From positions 15,388,464-15,452,463 of the forward strand of contig NC_043011.1 in assembly GCF_006345805.1 (NCBI RefSeq): a stretch of DNA of 64,000 nt, written 5' to 3'. The number at the start of each line of letters is the position of its first letter. The first letter of the stretch is position 1. Made by a program: the position numbers and the translations under genes. Source of the DNA: Octopus sinensis. Lineage: Eukaryota. The notes under the pieces are model-generated. The model had not been told where the DNA came from, did no database searches, and worked only from the letters and a program-made list of their open reading frames with translations. This document shows, piece after piece, positions 36,952 through 51,484 of this stretch.

Positions 36952-37185
36952 TATTTCTTTACTGCCCACAAGGGGCTAAACATGGAGGCAACAAACAAGG
37001 ACAGACAAACGGATTAAGTCGATTACATCGACCTCAGTGCGAAACTGGTACTTTATTTATCGATCCCGAAAGGAGGATGAAAGGCAAAGTCGACCTCGGC
37101 AGAATTTGAACTCAAAACGTAGCCGCAGATGAAATACTGCTAAGAATTTAGCCCGGCGTGCTAACGGTTCTGCCAGCTCGCCGCC
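36952..37185 (-). mobile_element. SINE B1, full length, with TSD
   Basis: TSD TTAAGTGTATATTATA at 36936-36951 and 37186-37201. Confidence 0.92.
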
Positions 37186-37577
37186 TTAAGTGTATATTAT
37201 AGTTATGCGTATGCATGTGTGTATGTTAGTATGTGCGTGCGTGTGCTTGTGTGTGTCAGTGTGTAGGTGTGTATTTATCTGTGTGTGTGTGTAAGACTCA
37301 GGGGTGCAGTTGTCGTCACTAATTGGGTCACATTGCAAGAACGTATTTTCCCATTGTTTCATTAATCTTCCTTGTGTTACTGCACTGTTCCGTACTGCCT
37401 AAAATGAAACAATATACATCTTGTGCATACATAAGTTTAACAATACATATAATTATAAATACATTTCTATACACATATAGGTATACATCATACACGCATA
37501 CGCATACACACACAGAGACATACAACAGGCACACACACAAATACACATATTCACACACACACACACATAGAGAGATA

Positions 37578-37977
37578 GGCGCCGCCGTAGCTGTGTGATA
37601 AGAAGTTTGCCGTGCCAGGGCAACTGATATCAGGACAACTCATTCCCGGAAAACTCATATCGGACAACTCATACCTGGACAATTGATATCTAGGACAACG
37701 GATGTATAGGACAACTCATAACAGGTATAGATATTTTTACTTAAAAAATATAACTCACTTAAAGATAGTTATTGATAAAGTAAATAGGCAAGTTTTAGTT
37801 TATAGGCGTAACAGTGATCGTTTAAGTCTTTAACTATTGACTAGTTAACTAACCTAACAATATATGTCCAGGGTTAAGTTCTAATGCATGGCAACTTCAG
37901 CAAGTGCTTTCGACTCTGGCCCTTGTGAGTGAATTTAGCAGACGGATACTGAAAGAAACCCGTTGGATATATATATA

Positions 37978-38017
<40 letters not shown>

Positions 38018-38250
38018 TGAGTGTGTGTGTGTGTATGAGTGTGTCTGGGTTTGTGCTTTGCACCATCATGGCATGATGGCATGACAACCGCTGTTGGTTT
38101 ACTACATCATGGCGATTTGGCAAAAGAGACCGATAGAAGTAGTACTAGGTTTTAAAAAGAATAAGGTGTGCCGTCGACTCTTTTGACTTTCAAGACAGTG
38201 CCACAGCATGGCCACAGTTAGATGACTGAACCAAGTAAAAGAATGAAAGA
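37578..38250 (+). mobile_element. SINE family A interrupted by a ~255-bp insert
   Basis: Head at 37578-37616; CORE and body resume near 37880; tail GATGACTGAACCAAGTAAAAGA. Confidence 0.7.
37617..37722 (+). repeat. 7 x ~15-bp tandem GGACAACTCATACC-like repeats
   Basis: AGGGCAACTGATATC, AGGACAACTCATTCC, CGGAAAACTCATAT, CGGACAACTCATACC, TGGACAATTGATATC, TAGGACAACGGATGTA, TAGGACAACTCATAAC. Confidence 0.9.
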
Positions 38251-38746
38251 ATGCATATTTACAGCAGTTTCAAATGCTCCGCAAATGGCTGATACGTAAA
38301 TGCATATTATGCGAACTTTATTATATTATGACGCAATATTACTCAAAGTCATGCCGGCAAACATTTGCTCATATGAGCATTGATGCGGCGGAATAATATC
38401 TGTGAGAAGTACTGAGATCGAGAAATTAAAGAATGTGTTAGAGAACGAGTAAAGTAGTTCTAGGAGATATAGACGGAAATAGGAAAAAAATGAATGAAAG
38501 CGCGATACCAAGATGCAAAAAGTGTAAAGGGGTAGAGAGGAGGAAGTAGGTGAGAAAATATGGAAGAAGAAAAGGAAAGAAAACGGTACAAATGTATGTA
38601 AGAAGATCATTAAACAATCGCTTGAAACCCCTTCAGCATCCGCATCGTTACCGGGGATCCATTGTGTCAATTTTCATAGATCTATTGTCAATATTACAAT
38701 TGTTAACATTACTATTGTTAATAGAATTATTATCGTTGTAATTATC

Positions 38747-38978
38747 TATTTCATTATTGCCCAGAGGGGGCTAAACACAGAGAGGACAAACAAGGACAAA
38801 CAAAGGGCTTAAGTCGGTTACATCGACCCCAGTGTGTAACTGGTACTTAATTTAACGATCCCGAAAGGATGAAAAGGCAAAATCGACCTCGGCGGAATTT
38901 GAACTCAGAACGTAACGACAGCCGAAATACCGCTAAGCATTTCGCACGACGTGCTAACGTTTCTGCCAGCTCGCCGCC
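38747..38978 (-). mobile_element. SINE B1, full length
   Basis: Reverse B1. Short candidate TSD AATTATC at 38740-38746 and 38980-38986. Confidence 0.9.
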
Positions 38979-41188
38979 AAATTATCATTATAATTATTGT
39001 TGTTGTTGTCGTCGTCGTCCCCGTCGTCGTTGTCATCATCATCATCACCATCACAGTCATCACCCTCCTCCTCTTCCACCTCCTTATCATGATCATCTTT
39101 TATCATTATCATTAAGTCTCGTGTGCTTCTGATTTTCTGTTAAGGTGTCAATAATTATGCCAAATAAGGCAGTTTTCCTTATCTATGCCGATACGATATT
39201 TGTTTTTAAGGAGTGGTGGCTTCTTTTGGATGAATTCCAGTGTGCCCAATTCTACAGGTATCACTTTATTAGTGATATCCCAATTCCTTCTAGATTCACC
39301 AGCGAAGTTATAATGGTGGTAAATATTTCGATTCTAGTTGCTACATGGGACTGCTCTATCAATAGTGAAAGGGACTCATTCTTACCGATAGGACATCTGG
39401 TTGTCTACGCTCAACACTCTTTATATATTAAAAGTTTCATGTCCTGAGGTATTATTATATTCTGAGTGAATTCCTTTCGTTCAAGCCTTTTATTACTATT
39501 CCTGTGTCACTGTCACTACCGATTTGTATCTATATCATGTGCAGCTGGTAGAGAAGACGAGTTTGATTTAAAGTGTGTTGTTTCTTCTGCATGCAGGAGC
39601 AAGCTGCGTCTACTCTAATCGCCGAAATTCCTATAAAACTGCCTCTGGTTTGGACAAAAGAATTTAGAATCCTCATATTAAGCGATTATTTCCGTGAAAC
39701 TTCACCAACCTATTACCACCCTACAGGGGATACGCATCTAAATTTCCACCAATACGTTTAAAATAGGTTAGATAAAATATGATTATAACATATTATACCT
39801 TCTAAAGGTAAATTCACTGCAGTTAGCATGGAGAGAAAAAATGATCTCTTTTGACAAAAGGTGCGAAAACACCAAACATGCCCAGTGCTTCCTTCTATCG
39901 GGTTCCGTGATGCGTTTCTAGTTCTTTAGCCGTTAACAATGGGAAATACGGAAGGCAGGTAATTCTGGGCAGAATTTAAAACCTAACTTTAGCTAAAAAA
40001 TGGTCAGCAACATTGACCAAGTTGCACTATTAGACAGCCAGGTCGGAAGAAGGGCAGCAGTATCAAGGCAAGCAGTATTTATGTATAAGCGGTCGTTAGA
40101 TTAGTTAAAATATGTTTGTGACATATTTCAACCTCTGAAGGCAAATCTACTACAGTTACCGCTGATAAAAAAAAATTGTCTGATGGTAAAAGGTGTAAAA
40201 ACCCAATATCTACCCAGTTCTGCCGCCTTTTTCCATAAGAGAGCACTGTTTCTCCGCGGTAACTGCGGTGAATGTATTACCTAAAGTTCGCTTATGCGTA
40301 AACACTGCTTTGCGCTGATACTGCTAAACACTCACACGCACACACATATGTATTTATGTATGTGTATACACCGCGCACATTTCGGCATGTTTTACTGAAT
40401 CTCTTAGCAAATTTATACATATGCTGAGTTACTTTGACTTTGCTTAACATTGTATATCGTGATATAATTTGAAATTACCTAACATAAATCGTTGTATTTA
40501 AATTTTGAAACTGGTAATATAGCTAACACTTTTCCTTCTGCATTCGCATTCAATTACAATATTAGATTTAGTACTAATATATTGATCCCCTGCTTGGATT
40601 ATATGAGAGACAGGAAATTAACAGACATTTAATCCACATCTACAGAAACCTTTATCACCAATGCATTCTTTGGTTTCGTGTCGTACTATAGAGTTCACGG
40701 TGTTTCAACGGATCAATGCTTCGTAATCAGTCACTTGGAATAAATGTCGCAATATAATCGGCTGTACCTCGATATTGGTGCGTAGGCGGTGAAATCGGAC
40801 CCAGAGCAGGTTTAAAATATCAAACAGTCGACATAATATTTAATCACACGTGGTGAGAAAAACTATATGTCGTTTATCAAAAGACATCTTTCATTTAGGC
40901 ACATTTTAGTAAAGTCTACTACGTTTCAAGCATTTGTGGGGTTAGGGTAGATGACAGTCTCCTGCTTTCCACCCCAGCCGTCCGCTCCTTTACCCTTCCA
41001 CCAGTCACAGTCAAACCCGCGAAGAAACATTGCCGTTGCTGCTTCACCTTTCCTTTTTGTGACTAAGCAATTATTAAAAATAAATCTGCGGATAACGCTT
41101 TCACTTCTACTTACGTAATAATACGATATACACACATTCTCGCACATAAACCCACAGAAATATGCACACACGCATATATGTGTACGTA

Positions 41189-41512
<324 letters not shown>

Positions 41513-41525
41513 CTCTTTCTTTCTC

Positions 41526-41625
<100 letters not shown>

Positions 41626-42561
41626 ATGTATACATATATATGTATGAGCACGGAACCTTGTGGCTTGTAAGCAACTAACTGCCACACAGCCATTATATGT
41701 ATATATATACGTATATATATGTATGTGTATGCATGTACACATCAATGTATCTATCCATACATACAAATATATACAAACACACACGCTCGCACCCATTTTC
41801 ACATATATATATATATGAGGTGCAATTAAAGAGTAACTATCAGAACTACTTACGTCATTTACAGGATAGAAATTTGAGCCTGCTGACAAATATAAAAAAA
41901 AAATATTTAAGCGAAGAAAATCGGCGCCAACTTTTATTTATCCTAGAAGAAATGAAACGAAAATTAATTGCATTGAAAAGACAATTAATCTGTGGAATGT
42001 AAATTAATGACAGCAAATTATAAAATTTAAAATTAATGATATAATTCACTATCTTCCAGATATCTGATAATACGCCAATCTGGAGATATACTAGCTTTAA
42101 TAACTTCCAAACAAAAGGTCTAAGCAATTAACAGAAATGTTTTATTCTCCTCCCAGAAATTCTTTGAAAAGTTGGAACATTTATTTTGTTCAGAAAATAT
42201 TAGATATATGTGCCTGGGAAATCATAACGAATCTCATTTACTTAGATAAAACTAGTTTTCAATTGTCATCGATTTATAACGATTCTGCTGTCTGATTAAG
42301 CTGCAAGTGTCTTGAAAGACAAAAGTGAATTTTCTTTTATTTTCTACTTAAGTAGATTCTATCTATTGGCATTGATCTCAATTGAAAGAAAGCTTTTAGT
42401 TTGCAATTACATAGGTCTGACTATCTGTACATATAATTTTAAATATAAATTTCTTACCATCCATGTAAAATTGCCCACATTACACAAGTGTATATATATA
42501 TATACATATACATACATACACACACACACACACACCCACACACATATTATATATATATATA

Positions 42562-42593
<32 letters not shown>

Positions 42594-42595
42594 AT

Positions 42596-42628
<33 letters not shown>

Positions 42629-42649
42629 CACATATATACACACACACAC

Positions 42650-42696
<47 letters not shown>

Positions 42697-42910
42697 ACAT
42701 ACGTATACGTTTCAGGTAATATTGCATCTGATGACATAAGATAATAGATGCCTACAATTAGTGTTCCGTTGACTTCCTGCCTACACTCCAGCTTGAACTG
42801 CAACAAAAGTTGTAAATAAAATTGCAGGGATGTTACAGCTGCCTAATGAGGATTGGCAATAGGCTATGTTTCCATCTAGCTAGTCGATGTTTAATAGTGT
42901 AAAGATGGCC

Positions 42911-43144
42911 TGTCTCTCCGCCGATTGCTACAACGAGTGTTACAACTGATTCGATTACGGAACAACCCGCTCTTGAAATTAATGTCCAAGGACGGCTCTT
43001 TGAATTACAGGTACAACTAAGTTTTTCTAGTTTAGTAGACTGGAGCAAAGGAAAAAATGAAGTGTCTTGCTCAAGGACACCAAGCGCCACTGGGAGTCGA
43101 ACCCACGACTTTGCGATCGTGAGTAGAATTTCCTAGACTAAACC
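42911..43144 (-). mobile_element. SINE family C (tRNA head + CORE-like + Nin/Deu-like tail), internally deleted
   Basis: Minus strand: CACGATCGCAAAGTCGTGGGTTCGACTCCC head, GTGTCCTTGAGCAAGACACTT core, GTTGTACCTGTAATTCAAAG..TTAATTTCAAGAGCGGG. Domain naming is from recall of the literature. Confidence 0.75.
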
Positions 43145-43752
43145 TGGAAGCTTCTCAGAGGAAATATACAGACAGACTAATAACTGGTATCGTTTCAGAA
43201 TGTGGTATATACTTGTACACTTATACAACCTGTAGTTAGGAAATGACGTTACATGAGACAATAGAAGATCGGTTGAGGGATGTTCAGAATATGGTTGTGA
43301 TATATGCTAGTATTCTACCCAACAGTAAAGGAAGTCCATATCATTGACTTTAGATTGTAGGTAACAGCAGGTTAGAATCCGAAGTAGAATCAAAAGCTGG
43401 ATGAGAAGGAATATATGCAGGTAGTCTATTACAGCTATTTTAAGGCTAGATTCCGTGCAGGCAGCCTGCGAGCCAGCACTTTAGATCCCCTGGCTTGTCT
43501 AGCTAATTGATAATACAGATTATCTTTTCGCCGTTGCAATTCTACACATTAATCTCCTTCAGGCCATTCCGCTTACTATTCCCCTTTTCTACCCATACTG
43601 GCACTGACCGTTTCTTTCTACATACCGTCTTGTAACTCTAGATGTTTTATAATCTACATCTCGTCCCATATTTTTAGGTTCCATCTTTCTTGTTCTTATT
43701 ACAACTTTATATACTCTGCCTCTCTTCCTTTCATCTCACTTCTGTATATAGC

Positions 43753-43961
43753 GTAAAGACCCTTTCAGTCATGAATGACCATGAGATTGCACCTAGAAAG
43801 TTAACTCCCGAGGCACAAGTCCGGCAAGGTTGTTTTAGTCGCCCATGAATACCATCCTTCCTTCTCCGCGCCACGTATGTTATCCAAGGGAAAGGAAAAG
43901 GCCGATACAGCTTGACACCAATGACATTGCAGCTCATTTCTACAGCTAAGTGATATGGAGC
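43753..43961 (-). mobile_element. SINE 3' fragment (family C variant)
   Basis: Minus strand GCTCCATATCACTTAGCTGTAGAAATGAGCTGC..CAAGCTGTATCGGCC..GGTGCAATCTCATGGTCATTCATGACTGAAAGGGTCTTTAC. Confidence 0.6.
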
Positions 43962-46754
43962 TTCCCAATATTGATATATCTTTATTTCTTACCAAAATCT
44001 TAACTCACTTTTCCCCCGAAAATGGAATAGATTACCATCAAAACACTCGCTGCCCCAACTGCGTATCTATTTATCTTCATTTATGTTATTGACACACAGC
44101 CAGGTATCTTCTATGAGGATATATTCGATCATATCTAACTCAGTAATTTTATTTTATGGACCTCAGACTAATGAATGCCAAAAGTTGACATTGTGAATTT
44201 CTGAATTTAAATTCAGAACTACATTGAGTAAGTTATTTTTTGTATCCTTCTAAGTATATTTTCCATTCTCCCTTCCTTAGTATCGCTTAATATTACGACT
44301 GAATTATATGTATTAGACCTATAAATTTAAATTAAGAATGGGATGCAAGACAAATATGAAATCTGAGGAGTGTCGTATCGCAAATTTCAAATTTCAAATC
44401 AGTCAAAATTTCCGTTGTAAAATCTGTCACCAATGTGCTAGGTAATCACAAACTAAATTGGAATTTTACTAAATTATAACTACAGAGCTATATTTCCTCG
44501 TAATTAACTGATACAAACCAAGTAAGAAAATAGAAGTGATTCATAAAGATGTCGCAGAGATAAATGTAATATATAGTATCTTTCTCAAGGAGTAGGTACT
44601 GAACTGTGTTGTAGAATACTTATGATAATTTCTGTGTATTTTGTATCCTGTGATGATGTCTATAGCTGGAGATAGAGTGCGTGATGTTTAATATGGTGAG
44701 GGATTTGATATGGCTATTATTATTTTTACTTGCTGAGTGTGATGAACAAGACAGTGTCCCTGGCCTTTGTAAGCCCTCCTAGATTGATGAGTTTGTCATC
44801 AATAATATTTCACTCGAACATTTGTAAGCTAACACATACAGAGCTTATATGGGAGGGGAGGAGATTACAGATACTCGGATGTAGGACTGTGTGGAATGAT
44901 AAATTTGATGTAGGGAGTAATGTTGAGCCTGGTGAGGTAAGACACTCATGCAGTGTGATGAAAGGAAGAGAAATATTCTGCATAAATTAGACAGATAATG
45001 TGTTTTATTGGCGTTCGTTTTTATACAAATAACTCATAATAACTCAATACGAAGAGTAAATAGAATCTTGGGAACATGAATTCCATATAAAAAAAATACA
45101 AAATTTCAAAGGATTGCCTTTTGAAGTTAGACTGTGTGATTTGCTTCATCCCATGATTGCATCCTTCTTTTAAATCAATTTTAAAGAATTGGAGAACAAA
45201 TTTTGTACAACTAATGAACAGTGTCACTACTGTTGCTTCTGCTGCCACTGCGACTACCACTCCTTGCACTTCTGCAAAAGAATGTTCATTCTGTTGTAAA
45301 CATTAGATCCAGGCCCCTGACAGGAGCTAGGTTTGGTGTGCAATGACCTTTCAATGCACCGCCCCTCTATACTCTTCCTTGAAAAGCCCCAAACCAGAAG
45401 CAAACATTTGGATTTCTTCAAATAGAAATATAGATATCACCAGTATAGATCTCACTCATTATCTCTTGTATGCAAGCAGATCTAAGATCTTAATACTCTC
45501 ATAGACACAAATCTCTCGACTCCTATCTCCAATCCTTCTCAGCTGAGCAGGCTATACTCACTATTGTAACTTCACCCTGAAAGGTTGTTTTCTGTGTTTA
45601 CATAAACTCAGCTGTCCCTAATAAAACAATGACTTCTATATTGATATTTGATTGACTAGTGTGATTGGGTTCATGCTAACTCTACTCATACATTCCTGTA
45701 TAATGTGGACATAACCTTACATAATTTCCTTATGGTAAATTCATCTCAGTCCGAGGTCGTCGTAAAAGGTGCAAGCCTAGCTTACTGTGCAATGAGATCG
45801 AAACTAGAATCCCACAATCGTGAGGCGAATTTCTGCATTACACAGTTTTTTTGGGGCCTGCGACTTAGTAGTTGCTTTATCTGCAAGCGTAGTGATCAAC
45901 AAAAATATCTTTGGTATTCTACAACAGATTTCAGTCACTGCTTTTGATGGGTCGGATCTGAATGCTGTGTTCAACGTACGTAATCGGAAGCCTTTTTCAA
46001 ATATAAAAAGTTTCGAATTTTGCAAAACAAGAGCATCTATTCTATAATTGAAACCGAAGTAACAAAATTTCTCTATACAATTATTATGAAATATATCATA
46101 AACCGAGCTAAAGCAATCAGTAACTCGTTATACTGGATGATCTAATTAAGATACACTTCTCCATTGGCTGCTGACTCGTATGTCAATGTTTTATTTGGCC
46201 TGTTTTTCAGATAATTACATGTTTGAGTATAATTGAAACCTATTAGTTATATATAGGGAAGACCAGTAATAAGTATTACCACTTTCCGAAGAATTGCAAT
46301 ATTTCTCCATTTTCCATTTGTATCCGTCCACTCCATTTTAGTTTGATAATGATGATAATAAATCGTCATTAAAAGTACAAGACACTCGCACCATCGTTGC
46401 ACACGAGTTATGGCGGACAGAGGCTGCAAGATTAATATGACTAATATGCCAGTTTTTGTGTTCAGAAATATTTTGATATTTAGCAAAAAATGTGACATTA
46501 ATCATTGAGAAAAAGTGATAAATGGTCATTTAAAATTACACTACTTATATATGAAATAAGCAAATGGCTCTTCCACGCACACGCATAACCACAGATACAC
46601 ATACACCTTCATATGAACCTACATATGAATATATGTTTCTTATATGTATATGAAAACACACATACTATACTGTAATATACTATATATATGTGTATATATA
46701 TATATATGTATATATACATATATATATAATATATATATATATAATATATATATA

Positions 46755-46821
<67 letters not shown>

Positions 46822-47879
46822 AATATATATATATACACACATAGTATGTGTGTATGTTTCACTATTTATCCGAATGTATACACCAGTCATCTTTTACTCA
46901 TCGAAGCTTAAACATCGTCCCTCACGCGACAATGAATTTTCTTTCCATCTCGCTAGCAATAAATTCTATCTAATTCATCCCTCATTAGACACACTTCTTC
47001 ACTTATGGAACACTGTCCACTCTTAGAACTCTGTACCCACTCTTAGCGCATATTATCCACTTAAACTAATTGCATTACCCTGTGTGCCTTGACTGTAATT
47101 AGTTTACATAGTATCAATAAATACTAAAAAAAAAGCTATATCTATTTTCGAATGCAGATTGCTAGACTTTGTACAAGTAAATTAACATACGATAAGCTTT
47201 GGTGTGTTAGATGATAACGCAAAAATCAAACCAGCAACGTAATGTAGAAAACTGAAAATTTCTATGAATTTAGAGAAAGATAAGATAATTCGGGCGGTTA
47301 CTTTTAGCGATTCTCAAAGAAAAGAAAGATAGAGATAATCTGAAGAAAATCAAAAGAAACAGAAGCAAGGGGAGAGTTACTGGCGAGGTTTTGTGTAATT
47401 ATAACCTATTAGCAAAAACACTTTTACTTAAACTATTTTTAACTAGTTCACTGAGGTTTATATATATAGAAAAAAATCATCTTGAAATTTCTGGGCCCGT
47501 AAAATAGTTAACATAATGTAAAAACAGTCTAACGTGGTAAATGACATTTCGTTACTTTTAGTCTGGTGGAAAAGAAGATATTCATGACACTTTAAATGGC
47601 ATCCGAGACTTGAGCAGGACGGAGGCATATATCCTCAAACTGAAGAACCTGGGTAGCTTTTGCGAAGTAAATTCTAGCAAATGTACCAAGGTACCAAGTG
47701 CTTGATTTATGGCAGGCGTTACGTAAATCTCCTACTTGATGTTCGGTCAAGGCGGGATTTACTAAATGGTCTATGGGGAGAATCATTATTATTTAAAGGA
47801 ATAAGAATACCCAGAAGTCTCAGTGAACAATACATACACGTACACACACGCACTTACACGCACACACACACACACACAC

Positions 47880-47911
<32 letters not shown>

Positions 47912-48206
47912 AATTATAAATTCTTTTATTGGCCACAAGGGTGACAAAAATTAATTATAACATAAAGGGACAAAACACAGAACGAATGTTACAAAGCGTT
48001 TTGTCCGTTTGAAAATCAGTATAAAAAACAGTATTGCAGCAAAAATATTTAACAATGAAAACCTCCCAATAGGGGGAGGCGCTTCGAAAAGGTTCTTTTA
48101 ACTCACATTTAAAAATGTAATATAAAAGGAGAAAGGGGCTCTCTACCCCCCCCCCCTTTTGACCAGGCTCCCGCGGCTTTTATTGGTTTTTCCACTAGGA
48201 ACAATG

Positions 48207-48240
<34 letters not shown>

Positions 48241-48241
<1 letters not shown>

Positions 48242-48573
48242 GGTTTTCAAAATTTGGTACAAGGTCAGAAATTTCGGGGGAGGGGATTGTTCGGTTACAT
48301 CTACTTCTGTGTTAAACTGGTGCTTATTTTATCGATCTCGAAATCAAGTCGGCCTCGGCAGAATTTGAACTCAGAACGTAAGGACATACAAAATACCGCT
48401 ATGCATTTCGCCCAGTGCCATATAATAATCCTTTCTACAGAAGGCACAAGGCTTGAAATTTTGAGGGAGGGGACTAGTCGATTATATCGACCTCACTGTT
48501 CTACTGGTACTTAATTTATTGACCCCGAAAAGATGAAAGGCAGAGTCGACCTCGGCGGAATTTGAACTCAGAA
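48241..48573 (-). mobile_element. two adjacent family B SINEs (B2 tail at 48241-48417, B3 tail at 48428-48573)
   Basis: Both have CCTCGGC..GAATTTGAACTCAGAA and end on the minus strand in (ATT)n. Confidence 0.8.
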
Positions 48574-48641
48574 TTCTTGCAGGGCTCTTGAATCATGACC
48601 AGTAAACAATTGTCACCTTAGTCAAGCATATAATAATAATG

Positions 48642-48706
<65 letters not shown>

Positions 48707-48730
48707 TAATAGTGATGATGATGATAATAA

Positions 48731-50231
48731 AAAGAAACCAGTTGACAATCTACACTACGAAGTAACAAAAAGAGAAGAAAAATACTACGTGAACGCAAAA
48801 TTACAGAATAACATATACCTGAGATAAAAGAACAGCTAAAGCAAGATATCCTTGCCAAAGCACAAAAAATCCGCCAGTATAAGAAACGCCACCGTTTCTT
48901 TGAATAAAACAAAATAGAGAGCAATGCAACACCAACAGCAGAAGAAGCGGAAGAATTTTGGAAAGAAATATAGTCGGAGAAGGGACTCAGAAAAGATCTA
49001 TCAAAACAACGAACACAGCACTTGAAGAACTCAGGACTACTATAACAACTGAAGAAGCCACCAAAGCCACTGGAAGACAACCGGGCACGACAAGATCCCC
49101 AACTTCTGGTTAAAATATCTAACAGGAACACAAAAAGCTGGCTGAGATATTTAATGAGACACTGCCTGAATGGCTCACTGAAGGGAAAACTATCCTAATT
49201 CCCAAATCCGCTGAAACGGCAAAGCTACAAAATTACAAACCAATAATTTGTCACCCTACAATTTACGAAGCCTTTACTGCAATAATATCGCAGAGAATGG
49301 GCAAACATCTGGAGGAAAATAACCTGTTTTCAGAAGAGCAGAAGGGTTGCTGCAAGGGCTCATACGGCTGTAAAGATCAGCTACTGAGCAGTAAAGTCAT
49401 AACTGAAGACAGCTGCAGAAAGAATAGCCTGGATCGATTACTGAAAGGATGTTCATAGTATTCGCCACACATGGATCCAAGAAACACTAGCCATGAACTA
49501 GTTAGCACCAATAATCATAAAATATATAAAACATACCATCAATAAATCGCAGACAATGCTACAGCTCTAGACAAAAGAGGGACTCATAAATACCAAAGCC
49601 ATTTCCATTAGAAGAGGAATATTCCAGGGAGACACGCTCTCTCCACTCCTTTTCTGCTTAGCACTGACACTTTTAACTGGCATGCTAAAGAGGACTGGAC
49701 GTGGATACAACTGTTACGGCAAAACAATCAACCATGTCTTATACATGGATGACCTAAAACTGTACGCTAGAAACGAAAAACAGCTGGAAATATTGCTACA
49801 GACAGTTACATGGATTTACAAAAGAAATAAACATGAAATTTGGCTTCGAAAAATGTACTAAAGGAACCTTGAAAAGCGGAAAACTAGTTAATAGTAGCAA
49901 CATCTCACTAGATAAAGCAAATGAAATAAGTGAATTAGATCAAAGCCAGATATACAAATAGTTAGGAATCAATGAACTAGATACGATACAACACAGATAA
50001 AAGAAAGAGAAGATAAAAAAGGAATACTATAGACGAGTTAAATTAATACTGAAGCAGAGTTCAATGAGAAAAACAAGATAATAGATATCAAAAATCTGGT
50101 AGTTCCAGTTATAAATTACAGCTACAATAATCTAAATTGGACTCAAAATGAACTAATCAATTTATACAGGAAAACAAAGAAAAATAATGACAGAATTTAG
50201 GATGTACCAACAAAAATCTGACATAGAAAGG

Positions 50232-50277
<46 letters not shown>

Positions 50278-51394
50278 GACGTATGGAATGTGGTAGAGGC
50301 TTTATACAGCTAGAAAACTATTACAAAATAAGCACCATTGGACTACAGGAAAACCTATTTCAGAAGCAAGGAAAACTAATAGAAATAGCCACAAAACACG
50401 AACAAAATTTAAAAAAAAATGTTTTCAGTCTTTAAGGAAGGTGACAATACTAAAAAGTCTCAGTACCCAACAACTATGAAGTTTTTTTACAAAAGTTGTA
50501 AAACAACTGAAATCCTAACTAATACTGCACCAGGAAAGTATCATGATAAAACGATGGCAAGAAAAACCCCTTCATAGTAAATATTGGGATAAGCTAAACA
50601 GAAATGAAATAGACAAAATATAATCCCAACAATAGCTGAGAAAATCAAGATTCAAAACAGAGAGTTAAGGATTTTTAATTGCAGCAAAGATCAAAGCCTT
50701 CCCACCAGAAATCATCAAAAACACATAATCAAAAGAATTCAGCGTTTCATAATGAAAAGAAGTAGCTGCAGAATATGTAATGATGGAGAAGGAACAATAA
50801 ATCATATTGTCGCTGGGTGCCCAGTCCTGACTAAGAAAGAATATATTCCCAGACACGACAGAGTTGGGAGCTATATACACTGGAAGCTGTGTCGACACCA
50901 TGGAATAACAACAGAAAAAAGATGGTGTAGACGCACGCCAGAAAAAGTCACAAAAAATGAGAAAGTAACCATATTTTGGGATATGGCAATACACACAGAT
51001 GGGAAAATTAAGACCAATGGCATTGATATAGTTGTCAGAGATCACAAAGGAAAATATGCTTTCTAATTGATGTATCAGTACCAAGAAATAACAATGATTA
51101 TCTAAAAGAAATGGAGAAACTTTCAAAATACAAAGACCTGGGAATAGAGGCAATTCGAATGTGGAGCCTAAAAACAGAGACAATTCATATCATCGTAGGG
51201 CATTAGGTATGATAAAAAAAGAATCATTTAGACAAATATTTATAACAAAACACAAGGACTTACAAGGATATATAACATACAGAAATCCTAGGTAAAGCAC
51301 TTTCAATACAGTGAAAATAAGAACACCACAAGAAACCAAAGCACATACGCAAGGCACACAGGGCTGCGCTTGGTCGTGCAGTGAAAGACTACTG
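48731..51394 (+). mobile_element. R4/Dong-clade RLE non-LTR retrotransposon, 5'-truncated pseudogene, between (TAA)n tracts
   Basis: RT motifs IFQGDTLSPLLFCLAL (about 49621) and LYMDDLKLYA (49742), KFGFEKC, YKxLG. Zinc knuckle CRICNDGEGTINHIVAGC (50767-50820), RHDRV, RLE DIVVRD..LIDVSVP, then a 3' UTR. Many stops and frameshifts. Confidence 0.92.
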
Positions 51395-51404
51395 AATAAT
51401 AATA

Positions 51405-51440
<36 letters not shown>

Positions 51441-51441
51441 C

Positions 51442-51484
<43 letters not shown>

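Noticed and set aside
37617-37722. CRISPR-like array
   Set aside because: The units are contiguous without unique spacers, too short, in a eukaryotic context and with no cas genes.
44600-45560. Possible GIY-YIG or LINE relic
   Set aside because: Only vague motif resemblance; I could not reconstruct a diagnostic motif.
47563-47700. Exon candidate SGGKEDIHDTLNGIRDLSRTEAYILKLKNL
   Set aside because: No convincing donor and no family match.
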